Positions 63,309 through 64,000 of a DNA stretch of 64,000 bases are shown here, piece after piece. Where the stretch lies: contig CBFHQJ010000014.1 of NCBI GenBank assembly GCA_965657795.1, forward strand, positions 923 through 64,922. The letters run 5' to 3'. The first letter of the stretch is position 1, and each line of letters opens with the position of its first letter. The notes under the pieces were generated by a model. The model was not told the origin of the DNA. It saw only the letters and a program-made list of their open reading frames with translations, and searched no databases. Origin of the DNA: Akkermansiaceae bacterium. Its GTDB lineage: Bacteria > Verrucomicrobiota > Verrucomicrobiia > Verrucomicrobiales > Akkermansiaceae. The position numbers were made by a program, and so were the translations under genes.

Positions 63309-63809
63309 TTACTTGGCAGGAGGAAGGATCACGGTGTCAATGACATGGATGACGCCGTTCGAGCACTCGATATCGGCTTTCACCACTTTGGCAGATCCAT
63401 TCAAAGTCAACGCCTTCTCCTTCACCGCAAGGGCGATATCCTTCTTGTTCAGCGCGGTAGCCTTATCAAGAGTCACAGCGGTCTTGGACATCACCTTGCC
63501 GGAAACAACATGATAAGTGAGGATGGCGGTTAACTTGTCCTTGTTTTCTGGCTTGAGGAGCATTGCCAGAGTTTCCTTGGGAAGCTTGGCGAAGGCTTCA
63601 TCGGTGGGAGCAAAGACCGTGAATGGTCCTTTTCCTTTCATCGTTTCGACTAAGTCAGCTGCACCAAGTGCGGCAGCGAGGGTCTTGAAACTGCCGGCTG
63701 CAACGGCGGTATCGACAATGTCTTTTTTCTTCTCACCGTGGTGATCCGCCGAGGCCGTTGAAACGAGGGCGAAAAATCCGAGGAGGATGGAGGTGGCTAA
63801 TGATTTCAT
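63309..63809 (-). CDS. Secreted fasciclin (FAS1) domain protein
   Basis: ATG 63809 gives the signal peptide [21 protein letters not shown]. Then '[47 protein letters not shown]...[10 protein letters not shown]...[13 protein letters not shown]'. Confidence 0.85.
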   Translation of the reverse strand: MKSLATSILLGFFALVSTASADHHGEKKKDIVDTAVAAGSFKTLAAALGAADLVETMKGKGPFTVFAPTDEAFAKLPKETLAMLLKPENKDKLTAILTYHVVSGKVMSKTAVTLDKATALNKKDIALAVKEKALTLNGSAKVVKADIECSNGVIHVIDTVILPPAK

Positions 63810-64000
63810 TTTTTGGTTTGTTTGGGTTTTCTGGGAGCCCTTTCGAGGCTTACAACAGGGTCTTCGCGGGATCCCAAATTTCAGATTCAAGCAAATGAAT
63901 TTTTTAAGATCTCTCTTTCGCTGAATCAAAAAAGAACCTGTCACCGCTTTCGCGGGACGGGGCTCCGGTTGGGGAAATCCTCAAATATGGGAAGCAACTA

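Noticed and set aside
1-64000. A search by eye for tRNA/rRNA genes, CRISPR arrays, IS elements and integrases.
   Set aside because: No spaced direct-repeat array is present. No T-arm consensus (GGTTCGAATCC-like) lies in any intergenic region; the only GGTTCGAA strings, near 4555 and 17527, are inside CDS. No transposase or recombinase motifs appear in any frame of the ORF track.

Overview
This is a 64-kb, moderately GC-rich chromosomal window. Its gene content is typical of the PVC superphylum and fits Verrucomicrobiota best. The supporting features are PEP-CTERM sorting tails, a DUF1592/DUF1552 pair, CxxCH dehydrogenase-like proteins of the kind annotated as PVC-type heme-binding, and very large LamG / lamin-tail (LTD) / CotH exoproteins. 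I found no rRNA, tRNA, CRISPR array, transposase or integrase. About 42 protein-coding loci can be supported. All functional calls come from motif and architecture recognition by eye on the supplied translations. No searches were run.

Two themes stand out.

(1) A 16-kb same-strand cluster (33.7-49.8 kb) holds five consecutive secreted proteins. They are built from a recurring LamG module with a conserved vicinal Cys-Cys motif, lamin-tail domains, three paralogous CotH kinase-like cores and a shared C-terminal tail module. An 8-bp inverted repeat precedes the cluster, and a textbook intrinsic terminator splits it into two units.

(2) Many loci are interrupted by in-frame stops (TAA, TAG, TGA), frameshifts and one 14-bp tandem duplication. 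Several loci carry multiple lesions, while neighbouring 2-4.7 kb ORFs are intact. This pattern looks like real pseudogenisation rather than random sequencing error.

One interrupted locus differs from the rest. It is an SHD1 + thioredoxin-fold gene whose only lesion is a TGA at the position of the redox Cys, followed 17 nt later by a perfect hairpin. It is a candidate selenoprotein.

Other notable arrangements:
- a fasciclin / ECF sigma / RskA-type anti-sigma operon
- an ABC ATPase with a permease fused to a CPBP protease
- an adenylating enzyme + ALDH-like reductase pair
- a tandem-LOG nucleosidase divergent from a yeast-type cytosine deaminase that lacks a canonical start codon
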